Source: Nitrospinota bacterium (GTDB lineage Bacteria; Nitrospinota; Nitrospinia; JACRGO01). Taken from it: 64,000 bases of DNA. The DNA lies in the NCBI GenBank assembly GCA_016212295.1, contig JACRGO010000181.1, positions 232-64,231 on the forward strand, in the 5' to 3' direction. The notes under the pieces are model-generated. The model searched no databases, was not told the origin of the DNA, and was given only the letters and a program-made list of their open reading frames with translations. Positions 1 to 8,010 of this stretch are shown one piece after another; the stretch's first letter is position 1; each line of letters starts with the position of its first letter. The position numbers and the translations under genes were made by a program.

Positions 1-65
1 TATCTCTGTTATTCATGAGTACTTGAGGTGTAGGCATAGTTTAAATTTTTTTTAACAGTCACTTT

Positions 66-170
66 TATTAACCGTCTCAAAATAGTATTGATATAACCCG
101 CCCCGGCGCTCCGCGCCACCCCTCCAAGGAGGGGAATTTTTATGTGTGTTCTATTTTGAGACGGTTAATA
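66..170. mobile_element. MITE-like element with perfect 20-bp terminal inverted repeats enclosing a CCCCTCC-AA-GGAGGGG hairpin
   Basis: TATTAACCGTCTCAAAATAG (66-85) is the exact reverse complement of CTATTTTGAGACGGTTAATA (151-170); no ORF inside. Confidence 0.6.
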
Positions 171-335
171 TACGTCTTCTGCATTTCAGAAGAGTCTATA
201 CCACGCCACAGTGAGCGTCAAGCATTTTTTGATGAATAACCTGCCGTTTTGGCTGGATTAAACATTTTACAAAAATCTTCGCGCCAAAATTATTTTTCTT
301 CAGCCTTGTCCTGGTTATGGCCGGCGAATATTTCG

Positions 336-1721
336 TCATTTCCCGATACAGAACTCGCTGAAGATCCTGTCCAGGACCTCGTCAGTGAAACTCTCGCCCG
401 TGATCTCGCCCAGCCAGTCCAAGGCCGAGCGCAGGTCGGCTGCCATGAATTCCAAGGGAAGGGAATCTTTCATGGAGGCCAGGACTCCCTCCAGCGCCTC
501 TGAAGCCTTCCGGAGTTTTTCCTCGTGGCGCATGCGCGTGATGAGGACGTTTTCCGTGAGGTCGATCCCTGAGTCCCAAATCTTTTGGTGGATGGCGTCC
601 TCAAGTTCATATATCCCCTCCCTATTTTTTGCGGAGATGAGGACCAGGGGAGCGCCTCCAAGGATTTCCCGCAAGCGGTCCGTGTCCATCCTTAGTTCCA
701 GGTCGCGCTTATTCACTACCGGGATGATTTTTTTTCCAGCCGCGGCAGCCAAGGTTTCCAGGTCCTCGGCGTCCATTTCCCTGGAGCCGTCAAACACGGC
801 CAGGACCAGATCGGCCCCCTCCAGGACGGCCCTCGTCCGCCGGATCCCCTCCATCTCCACTGCGTCTCCGTTGCCGCGGATGCCCGCCGTGTCAATGATG
901 TTGAGGGCTATCCCTCGCACGTTCACGGCCTCTTCTATAATGTCCCGCGTGGTCCCTGGGACCTCCGCCACTATGGCCCTGTCGTAATTGAGAAGGGCGT
1001 TCAGGAGGCTGGACTTCCCCACATTGGGCCTGCCCACTATGGCGGTGGAGACCCCCTCGCGCAAAATCCTCCCCTGCTGGTAGGTTTTTCCGAGGGCCTT
1101 GATTCTTCCGCGGATTTCCTTTACCCTGGCCGCGACCTCTTCAAGCGATATGGACTCAATCTCATCCTCTGGAAAATCAATGTCCGCCTCCACTCTGGCC
1201 AGTAGGCCGATCAGGCCCTCACGGAACCCTGAGATTTCCTTGCGCAGTCCACCTTCGAGCTGCTTTACCGCGGCGCGGAGGCTTCCCTCCGATGTTGATT
1301 GTATAACCGAGATCACGGCCTCCGCCTGGGTGAGGTCGATCCTCCCGTTCAGGAAGGCCCGCTTGGTGAATTCCCCTGGCTCCGCCATTCTCGCCCCTTG
1401 CCGCAGCGCCTCTCGCAGGATGAGCGACAGGGACAGCCGTCCACCGTGGCAGTGGAACTCCACCACGTCTTCCGCTGTGAAGGAATTGGGCTTCAGCATG
1501 GGGAGCATGACCACCTCGTCTATTTTTTCCCCGGTGTGCGGATTAACGAACTTCCCGACCCTGGCCTTGTGGGATTCCAGGGAGCCGGGATCAATGGCTG
1601 GACTAAAGACCTTTCGAGCAATGGAGAGGGCCTCAGGGCCGCTTACGCGGACGATGCCGATCCCGCCTTCCCCCGGCGGGGTGGAAATCGCGGCTATGGT
1701 GTCCTGAATTGAAGGGGTCAT
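336..1721 (-). CDS. mnmE: tRNA uridine-34 modification GTPase MnmE (TrmE)
   Basis: DTIAAISTPPGEGGIGIVRVSG N-terminus, GRPNVGKSS P-loop, DTAG, NKRD, C-terminal FCIGK; start set at MTPSIQ (ATG 1721). Confidence 0.97.
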   Translation of the reverse strand: MTPSIQDTIAAISTPPGEGGIGIVRVSGPEALSIARKVFSPAIDPGSLESHKARVGKFVNPHTGEKIDEVVMLPMLKPNSFTAEDVVEFHCHGGRLSLSLILREALRQGARMAEPGEFTKRAFLNGRIDLTQAEAVISVIQSTSEGSLRAAVKQLEGGLRKEISGFREGLIGLLARVEADIDFPEDEIESISLEEVAARVKEIRGRIKALGKTYQQGRILREGVSTAIVGRPNVGKSSLLNALLNYDRAIVAEVPGTTRDIIEEAVNVRGIALNIIDTAGIRGNGDAVEMEGIRRTRAVLEGADLVLAVFDGSREMDAEDLETLAAAAGKKIIPVVNKRDLELRMDTDRLREILGGAPLVLISAKNREGIYELEDAIHQKIWDSGIDLTENVLITRMRHEEKLRKASEALEGVLASMKDSLPLEFMAADLRSALDWLGEITGESFTDEVLDRIFSEFCIGK

Positions 1722-1787
1722 GCGTATGATTATACAATAAATAGAAAAGCCCGGGCGCAAGAAGTTAAAATTTTTGCGTTCATCATG

Positions 1788-1970
1788 TGTCATGGAAAAC
1801 GGCTTCACTCAAAATTGCAGGGGAAACCACATCCCCCTTGGTCCCCCTTTGGTAAGGGGGAATATGGGAAACGCCCCTAAAATTAGGATCTGTTTTAATT
1901 CCCCCTTGGCAAGGGGGATTAAGGGGGATATAAAAATAGCTAATGAGGCTTTCCCCGGTTTTCCATGACA
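1788..1970. repeat. Palindromic repeat, CCCCCTT/AAGGGGG family (family C), with 13-bp terminal inverted repeats
   Basis: TGTCATGGAAAAC (1788-1800) / GTTTTCCATGACA (1958-1970) enclose ATCCCCCTTGGTCCCCCTTTGGTAAGGGGG...CCCCCTTGGCAAGGGGGATTAAGGGGGAT. Confidence 0.7.
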
Positions 1971-2008
1971 ACCCTGTGAACGTTGCCAAATTTTTTCATC
2001 AATTGCCA

Positions 2009-2707
2009 ATGAAAAACCGTCTCCTTTTTTTATTTTTGATTATGTTGATTAACGTGTCCTGCGGCGCGGAGGACTTGGCCGTGGAGCGCGGCTCCATGGT
2101 GGAGGAGCAGATCATGGCCAGGGGGGTGAAGGACCAACGCGTCCTCGATGCCATGCGCTTTGTGCCTAGACATTTTTTCGTGCTCCCGGATGACGTTCAT
2201 CTCGCATATGCCGACCAGCCGCTGTATATAGGAGAAGGCCAGACCATATCCCAGCCCTATATCGTGGCCCTGATGAGCGAATTAATGGACCTCAAGGGCG
2301 GGGAAAGGGTCCTGGAAATCGGGACCGGCTCCGGATATCAGGCCGCGGTCCTTTCCCGTTTATGCAAGGAGGTATACACAGTGGAAATCGTGGAGGGACT
2401 GTACCAAAGGTCGGCCGCCTTGCTCCGGAAATTGGGATACGAGAACATCTTTGTCCGCCTGTGTGACGGGTACCAGGGGTGGGAGGAGAAGGCCCCCTTT
2501 GACGCAATAATGGTCACTGCCGCGGTCCGGCGCATTCCACCTAAATTGGTGGAACAATTAAGGGAAGGAGGCCGCCTTGTCATCCCTTTGGGGGACTCCG
2601 CTTTCTCGCAAAATTTGACCGTGGCGACCAAAAAGGGAAAGGATTTGGATATCAGGAAGGTTATTCCAGTGATTTTCGTGCCCATGACTGGGAAGATCAG
2701 GGAATGA
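2009..2707 (+). CDS. pcm: Protein-L-isoaspartate O-methyltransferase with N-terminal signal/lipoprotein-like peptide
   Basis: VPRHFFV, AYADQPLYIGEGQTISQPYIVA, VLEIGTGSGYQAAVL, APFDAIMVTAA; start MKNRLL (2009). Confidence 0.93.
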   Translation: MKNRLLFLFLIMLINVSCGAEDLAVERGSMVEEQIMARGVKDQRVLDAMRFVPRHFFVLPDDVHLAYADQPLYIGEGQTISQPYIVALMSELMDLKGGERVLEIGTGSGYQAAVLSRLCKEVYTVEIVEGLYQRSAALLRKLGYENIFVRLCDGYQGWEEKAPFDAIMVTAAVRRIPPKLVEQLREGGRLVIPLGDSAFSQNLTVATKKGKDLDIRKVIPVIFVPMTGKIRE

Positions 2708-2816
2708 ATGGCAAGGGTTGCGGAAATTTTACCTGAATCTAACCCGCCTGGAACTACATCTTTATTTTTGGAAGGCCTGAAAAAACATTAACATACTTGA
2801 TTTTAATTCAAGAAAG

Positions 2817-3431
2817 ATGGTATCAAAATCAGGTATGAATAATGACGACCAGCAACTAGTAGAGGGATTAAAGAAAAAGGACATAAATGCCTTTGAATAC
2901 TTTTTCAATGAATACCACAAGAAAATCTTCGGGCTTATTTATAAATTAACCAAAAATGAAACTGACGCCCAGGATTTGACCCAGGAGGTTTTTTTAAAGG
3001 TCCTTGAGAAAGTGAACACCTTCGAGGGGAGATCGGCCTTTTCCAGTTGGGTTTATAGGATAGCGGTAAACACCGCGTTCATGAGGCTCAGGACAAAGAG
3101 AAACCAGCCCCAGTTGTCCCTGGATTCCCTGTTGCCCCAGTTCCATGAAAGCGGATATCAGAAGCAAATGGCCAAGGACTGGTCCAGGGAGGTGGAAGGG
3201 GCCATTTTGAACGAGGAATTCAAGGAGACAATCAACGCGGCGATTGATAAATTGCCGGAGAAGGAAAAAATCGTCTTTATCCTGCGGGACGTGGAAGAGA
3301 TATCAACGGAAAAAGTGGGTGATATCCTGGGACTTTCCGTGCCGGCGGTGAAATCAAGACTGCACAGGGCCAGGCTTTTTCTGAGGAAAAGACTTTCCAA
3401 ATATTTTGAAAAACTTCAAGAGGTAGGATAA
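2817..3431 (+). CDS. ECF sigma-70 family RNA polymerase sigma factor
   Basis: DAQDLTQEVFLK, FSSWVYRIAVN (region 2), GLSVPAVKSRLHRAR (region 4). Confidence 0.93.
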   Translation: MVSKSGMNNDDQQLVEGLKKKDINAFEYFFNEYHKKIFGLIYKLTKNETDAQDLTQEVFLKVLEKVNTFEGRSAFSSWVYRIAVNTAFMRLRTKRNQPQLSLDSLLPQFHESGYQKQMAKDWSREVEGAILNEEFKETINAAIDKLPEKEKIVFILRDVEEISTEKVGDILGLSVPAVKSRLHRARLFLRKRLSKYFEKLQEVG

Positions 3432-3432
3432 T

Positions 3433-3675
3433 ATGGTCTGCAAGGAGTGCATTGATACACTTGGAGATTACCTGGACGGTTCGTTGCGGGAAGACCTGAA
3501 GCTGGAGTTGGATGAGCATTTCAAGGACTGCCCTCCATGCGTGGCTTTTTTCAACACTTACAAGAAAACCACCCGCCTTTGCAAGGACGCGCTCACCGAA
3601 GTTTCAGTGCCGGAGGAGGTTTGGGCCGGCATCAGGTCCCATCTATTTGAAAAGATCCGGCTGCAAATTTCATAA
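3433..3675 (+). CDS. Zinc-binding (zf-HC2/ZAS) soluble anti-sigma factor
   Basis: MVC...DYLDGSL...HFKDCPPC (HxxxCxxC); 1-bp gap after the ECF sigma gene. Confidence 0.88.
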   Translation: MVCKECIDTLGDYLDGSLREDLKLELDEHFKDCPPCVAFFNTYKKTTRLCKDALTEVSVPEEVWAGIRSHLFEKIRLQIS

Positions 3676-3709
3676 GTGCGCTTTTGGGGAATCTACAAAT
3701 TTAAAATAT

Positions 3710-3780
3710 ACCGCGGAGACGCTGAGAAAAATTTATTGGCATTAAAGACTTTTTTCTCAGCGTCTCTGTGTCTCAGCGGT
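3710..3780. repeat. Palindromic repeat, ACCGCGGAGACGC family (family A)
   Basis: ACCGCGGAGACGCTGAGAAAA...TTTTCTCAGCGTCTCTGTGTCTCAGCGGT; related copies at 25918, 35769, 38665, 59990. Confidence 0.8.
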
Positions 3781-3834
3781 TCAAATCCATAGCGGTGAAG
3801 ACGCGATAATGATATAAACGGAAAGGCTGGTTTC

Positions 3835-5346
3835 ATGAAGATACTTTTTAAAAAAGGCGATCCTTTAAAGATAAAGACCGATTGTCTGATTTTGGGTCTT
3901 TTCGAAACCGAAAAACTTCCTCGGGAAATCCAGGCCCTGGACCGGATTTTAAACCGGACCATTTCCAAGGCCATTCAGGGAAAAAGCTTCAAAGGCGGAC
4001 TCAAGGAAAGTTTTTTCACCTTTACGCTTGGGAAGATAGAGCCTCTTTCCATTTTGCTGATCGGCCTTGGGAAAAAGGAGGAACTGACGATCGACAGGCT
4101 TCGCCAGGCCGCCGGGATCTCCTGCGGCGAGGCCAGAAAAAACAAGGCGTCCAAAATATGCAGCCTGCTTATTAATATTGAGCGCAAGGGCTTGGCTCGC
4201 GATCTTCTCGCGCAGGCCGCGGCCGAGGGGTCCATTCTGTCTCAATACCGTTTCCTCCAGCACAAGACCGAAAATGAAAAAAACAAGAAAATCGAGGAGA
4301 TCGTCTTTTTAGCCTTGCATGATGATAAAAACGCCAAGGCAATTGCCAATGCCGTGGATGTCGCGAAAAAGATTTGCGACGCGGTTGTCTTCGCCCGCGA
4401 CATGATTTCCCAGCCCGGCAATATAGCCACGCCTGCTTTTCTCGCGAACGAAGCAAGGAAAATGGCCTCAAAGTCCGGCATAAAGAGCAAGATACTGGAC
4501 CGCAAGAACATGAAAGACCTGGGAATGGGAGGATTGCTGGGAGTCGCCAAGGGAAGCGAGGAGGAGCCAAAATTCATTATCCTGGAATATTGGGGAGGAA
4601 ATAAAAAAGACGCGCCCCTTGTGCTGGTGGGAAAAGGGCTGACCTTCGATTCAGGCGGCATATCCATCAAGCCAAGCCAGAACATGGAAGAGATGAAAAC
4701 CGATATGTCAGGCGGCGCCGCGGTTATCGGCGCCCTTAAGGCGGTTTCGGACTTGAAACTGAAACTGAACGTTGTCGGGCTCGTCCCCGCCACTGAGAAC
4801 ATGCCTGACGGGAAGGCAAGCAAGCCAGGGGATGTGCTGGCCACCATTTCCGGCAAGACCATTGAAGTCATAAACACCGACGCGGAAGGACGCCTTATTC
4901 TTGCGGACGCCCTGGGCTACGCCGGGCGGTACAAGCCCTCGGCCGTTATTGATATAGCCACCCTGACCGGGGCCTGCTTTATCGCCTTGGGCCGGCACGC
5001 CTCCGGCCTGATGGGGACAGACAAGGAATTGATGGATTCCCTCGTTGCGGCAGGGGAGCTAACCGGGGAGAGGGTCTGGCCCTTGCCCCTTTTCGATGAG
5101 TATACCGAGCAGATCAAGAGCGACGTGGCGGACATGAAGAACACCGGAGGACGCGGGGGCGGGGCCATCACGGCAGCGGCGCTGCTGAAAAAATTCACCT
5201 CATATAAATGGGCCCACATCGACATAGCTGGAACGGCGTGGATTGATGACAAGGACAAGCCTTATATTCCCAAGGGCGCCGTTGGCGTGGGCGTCAGGCT
5301 TTTCCTGCAATTCCTGCGGGACGCTGAAACAAGAAAGGGTAAGTGA
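3835..5346 (+). CDS. pepA: Leucyl aminopeptidase (M17)
   Basis: VGKGLTFDSGGISIK, MKTDMSGGAAV, NTDAEGRLILADAL, WAHIDIAG. Confidence 0.96.
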   Translation: MKILFKKGDPLKIKTDCLILGLFETEKLPREIQALDRILNRTISKAIQGKSFKGGLKESFFTFTLGKIEPLSILLIGLGKKEELTIDRLRQAAGISCGEARKNKASKICSLLINIERKGLARDLLAQAAAEGSILSQYRFLQHKTENEKNKKIEEIVFLALHDDKNAKAIANAVDVAKKICDAVVFARDMISQPGNIATPAFLANEARKMASKSGIKSKILDRKNMKDLGMGGLLGVAKGSEEEPKFIILEYWGGNKKDAPLVLVGKGLTFDSGGISIKPSQNMEEMKTDMSGGAAVIGALKAVSDLKLKLNVVGLVPATENMPDGKASKPGDVLATISGKTIEVINTDAEGRLILADALGYAGRYKPSAVIDIATLTGACFIALGRHASGLMGTDKELMDSLVAAGELTGERVWPLPLFDEYTEQIKSDVADMKNTGGRGGGAITAAALLKKFTSYKWAHIDIAGTAWIDDKDKPYIPKGAVGVGVRLFLQFLRDAETRKGK

Positions 5347-5470
5347 CTAAAGTTTAAAGTGAGCTAAAGTTGCGGTAGAAAAACAATTTTTTGTTTTTAA
5401 CTTTAGTTCACTTTAAATTCGGTTGCGGCGCAGCCGCGCCATGTTCCTTTGTGGCTTAGTGTCTTAGTGG
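5342..5470. repeat. AAAGTGACT/AAAGTGAGCT palindromic repeat (family B), cap motif 1 (5421-5443) and a half-arm of another family
   Basis: AGTGACTAAAGTTTAAAGTGAGCTAAAGTTG...AACTTTAGTTCACTTTAAA, then GGTTGCGGCGCAGCCGCGCCATG; the first unit includes the pepA TGA stop. Confidence 0.75.
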
Positions 5471-5511
5471 CAAAAAAAAATGACGGCTTCTAATCAAGGA
5501 AGGACAAAAAG

Positions 5512-6246
5512 ATGGCGAAAATAAGGGTCTACCAACTTGCCGAGAAATGGGGATTCGATAAACTTTGGCTGGTTGAGGAATTGAATAAAAGGGGACACCA
5601 CGTTAAAAATCACCTTTCCTCACTGGATGAATCGGCGCTGGACTTTAAGCCTGAAGACCTGCCGCCTGAAGGGAGAAAGAAAGTTGAAGTATCGGAAGAA
5701 GGCAAGCCAGGGGCAGGTGAAATTAAAAAAATCCCGAAAAAGGCATTCAGTAAAAACACTGGATCCGCCACGGCCGGCATGTTGAAAGAAGCTCCGGCCA
5801 TGTGCACCGGGACCAGCGTAAAGGAAATGCAGGGTTACGGGACGGAAAAACCCGGTGATTCAATGTTATCTCTTCCGGGCGTTTCCCTGGCCATTGCCAT
5901 CGTGGCCGGTCTTATTTCCCTGGCGGCGATATTCGTTGCGCAGTCAGGGGGAGGTTCCGAGCCAAATTCGGCTGTCCTTGCGGCAAAGGCCATGGCAAGG
6001 GAGCAAATCTTAAAGGACCTTTCGCAAAAGTTAAAGGAACAGGAGGCATTGATAAGGGAACTCCTGAAGGATACTGTGGTGAAATCCGAAAAATCCACGT
6101 CCTTGAACCAACTTCATTCCCAGGCCAAAATACTGAAAGAGCTTGCCTCAAGGACCGGCGTGGCGGATAAAGAGCGGCTGGAGGAGGTGGAGAAAGCGGT
6201 GGAGGAATTGGTCCGGTCCGAGGACGAAAGACCTGTTAAGTATTAG
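5512..6246 (+). CDS. Hypothetical membrane protein with IF-2 N-terminal-like domain, one TM helix and C-terminal coiled coil
   Basis: MAKIRVYQLAEKWG...LVEELNKRGHHVKNHLSSLDE resembles IF2_N; hydrophobic VSLAIAIVAGLISLAAIFVA; SD AAGGA upstream. Confidence 0.75.
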   Translation: MAKIRVYQLAEKWGFDKLWLVEELNKRGHHVKNHLSSLDESALDFKPEDLPPEGRKKVEVSEEGKPGAGEIKKIPKKAFSKNTGSATAGMLKEAPAMCTGTSVKEMQGYGTEKPGDSMLSLPGVSLAIAIVAGLISLAAIFVAQSGGGSEPNSAVLAAKAMAREQILKDLSQKLKEQEALIRELLKDTVVKSEKSTSLNQLHSQAKILKELASRTGVADKERLEEVEKAVEELVRSEDERPVKY

Positions 6247-6311
6247 CATGGAAATTTTCATTTTTATCTCTGATGAATCTAACAGTTACATATTATCGGC
6301 ATCCGGCATAT

Positions 6312-6401
6312 TCATTGGTCAATAGTCATTTGTCATTGATAAGCAGTAAGACGCCTTAATGACCGGCGACTAATGACTTCGCCTTAAGGGCGATAGGCTC
6401 A
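6312..6401. repeat. Heptamer-based palindrome (GTCATT/AATGAC) capped by cap motif 2
   Basis: TTCATTGGTCAATAGTCATTTGTCATTG...AATGACCGGCGACTAATGAC followed by TTCGCCTTAAGGGCGATAGGCTCA. Confidence 0.55.
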
Positions 6402-6433
6402 GACGGCGCTACTGTTTTACTGAAAAAAGTAAT

Positions 6434-6461
6434 TAAAGGTATTACAACATCCTGTCGATAC
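6434..6461 (+). promoter_or_regulatory. Putative sigma-28 (FliA/SigD) promoter
   Basis: TAAA(G)-N16-GTCGATAC, close to the TAAA-N15/16-GCCGATAA consensus, 37 bp upstream of the ATG at 6499. Confidence 0.65.
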
Positions 6462-6498
6462 ATAATTATTGAGTTTAATAATTTAGAGAGGAACCATC

Positions 6499-6684
6499 AT
6501 GAAAGTCTCAGGAGCAGGACCAAAAGTCACTTCAGGCGCCAGCGCCAGCCGTCCAATGCCCCAAAGCAAGCCCCCAGCCGGCGGCCAAGCGGCGGGCGGT
6601 TCCAGCGCGGCCTCCAGTGTTCATGCGCTGAAAGCAGCCATGGCAGGCCAAGGCAAGGGGACAAAAGTTAATATCGTCGCTTAA
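6499..6684 (+). CDS. Small low-complexity protein with YjfB-like motility-associated C-terminus
   Basis: SD GAGGA; Gly/Ala/Ser-rich; ends GKGTKVNIVA; sigma-28-like promoter upstream and terminator downstream. Confidence 0.65.
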   Translation: MKVSGAGPKVTSGASASRPMPQSKPPAGGQAAGGSSAASSVHALKAAMAGQGKGTKVNIVA

Positions 6685-6694
6685 TAGCGCAAGC

Positions 6695-6742
6695 AAACCA
6701 TGTCGGATCGCTCCAGGGAAGGAGCTATCCGACATGGTTTTC
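6695..6742 (+). terminator. Probable intrinsic terminator hairpin
   Basis: AAACCATGTCGGATcGCTCC-loop-GGAGCtATCCGACATGGTTTT directly after the 6684 stop. Confidence 0.7.
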
Positions 6743-6792
6743 ATCTAGGCCGGTTGCCTGCGGCATGCCTGAAGTTCATTCCTCTTTGAAAC

Positions 6793-7749
6793 ATGCTTGA
6801 CCTCTACAGCTTTCCGTTCTCAGCGATGGGGACGGAGTGCAACCTTCATTTTTACTCCACCAACTCTTCCAAAGCCCAGGAAGTGTCCCAAGCAGCCATC
6901 TCCGAAGTAAACAGAATCGAAGCCCGTTATTCGAGGTACAATACAGACAGTCTGCTTTCCGAGATAAATCGCGTCGCTCAGACAGGCGGGAGCATTACGC
7001 TTGATGAGGAAACCGGCGGATTGCTGGACTACGCCTACGCCTGCCATGAACACAGCGGCGGACTATTCGATATCAGTTGCGGAATCCTGCGCCAGGCCTG
7101 GGATTTCTCATCCAACACTCTGCCAAAAAAGGAAACCATGGAAAACCTGCTTGCGAGAATCGGCCTTGATAAAATCTCATGGGACCCGCCCAATCTCAGA
7201 TTTTCGGTCCCGGGCATGGAATTGGATTTAGGGGGGATAGGAAAGGAATACGCCTCGGACAGGGTCGCTGAAATCTGCGTCTCAATGGGAATTCAGCATG
7301 GGTTGGTTGATTTGGGAGGAGATATCAACGTCTTCGGTCCACATCCGGATCAGGAGCCATGGATTATCGGGATCCGGGACCCCAAGCAAACCGGCTCTAT
7401 TTTAGGAGAAGTTCAGATTTTTCAGGGATCTCTTGCCAGCAGCGGTGATTACGAACGTTGCATGGTGATAGACGGGAAACGTTATAGCCATATCATAAGC
7501 CCCATAACCGGATGGCCGGTGTCCGGATTGGCGTCAGTAAGCGTGGTTTCGGATAAATGCATAGTGGCCGGAAGCATTTGCACCATCGCCATGTTAAAGG
7601 GCATTGACGGCATTGAATGGCTTAAGGAAATAGACGCGCGCCATTCATGGATTGATGAAAACGGCAGGCAAGGCGGATCGGCGGGATTTTGGAGCCGGCC
7701 GAAAGCTCCTGGCCTTAACCCGGGCAAGCCGGAACAAGAAGGACTTTAA
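6793..7749 (+). CDS. apbE: FAD:protein FMN transferase (ApbE family), no evident signal peptide
   Basis: AMGT, GGLFDISCG, LDLGGIGKEYASD, VDLGGDI, ASSGDYER, YSHIISPITG. Confidence 0.92.
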   Translation: MLDLYSFPFSAMGTECNLHFYSTNSSKAQEVSQAAISEVNRIEARYSRYNTDSLLSEINRVAQTGGSITLDEETGGLLDYAYACHEHSGGLFDISCGILRQAWDFSSNTLPKKETMENLLARIGLDKISWDPPNLRFSVPGMELDLGGIGKEYASDRVAEICVSMGIQHGLVDLGGDINVFGPHPDQEPWIIGIRDPKQTGSILGEVQIFQGSLASSGDYERCMVIDGKRYSHIISPITGWPVSGLASVSVVSDKCIVAGSICTIAMLKGIDGIEWLKEIDARHSWIDENGRQGGSAGFWSRPKAPGLNPGKPEQEGL

Positions 7750-7818
7750 TACGGAAATTCTCAGAATAGGCGAGTAAGTATCCAATAAAGAATAAAAAAA
7801 GGTAATAGTTCAATTCTT

Positions 7819-7876
7819 TTTTTGACAGGATGAACAGGACGAAAACATCATGTTCATCCTGTTATCCTGTCTAAAA
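7819..7876. repeat. Palindromic repeat (GACAGGATGAACAGGA variant, family D-like)
   Basis: TTTTGACAGGATGAACAGGAC...GTTCATCCTGTTATCCTGTCTAAAA. Confidence 0.6.
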
Positions 7877-8010
7877 TAGTTTTTATAGGTAAGTATTTAC
7901 AGTAATTTCTGGCCGCGCGAACCTCTAAAACGGGATTGAAATAAACGCCTCTTGTAAAAAATGCAAATGTTTCCTATTATAGTTCAATAATTTACAAAAG
8001 AAAAAAGGAG

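Noticed and set aside
1-37. Possible start of a minus-strand gene (MPTPQVLMNNRD...) running off the window
   Set aside because: Only 12 codons visible; cannot be identified (not recognisably mnmG).
1722-2009. Small ORFs 1774-1968, 1783-1989, 1809-2009 and the N-terminal extensions of mnmE and pcm
   Set aside because: They are translations of the family C repeat (IPLxPPLxxG pattern); the same applies to ORFs at 31757, 39695, 39895, 14455, 23318 and the 11861 phnE extension.
2745-2790. GGAACT as an autoregulatory ECF promoter
   Set aside because: No convincing -10 element at the expected spacing.
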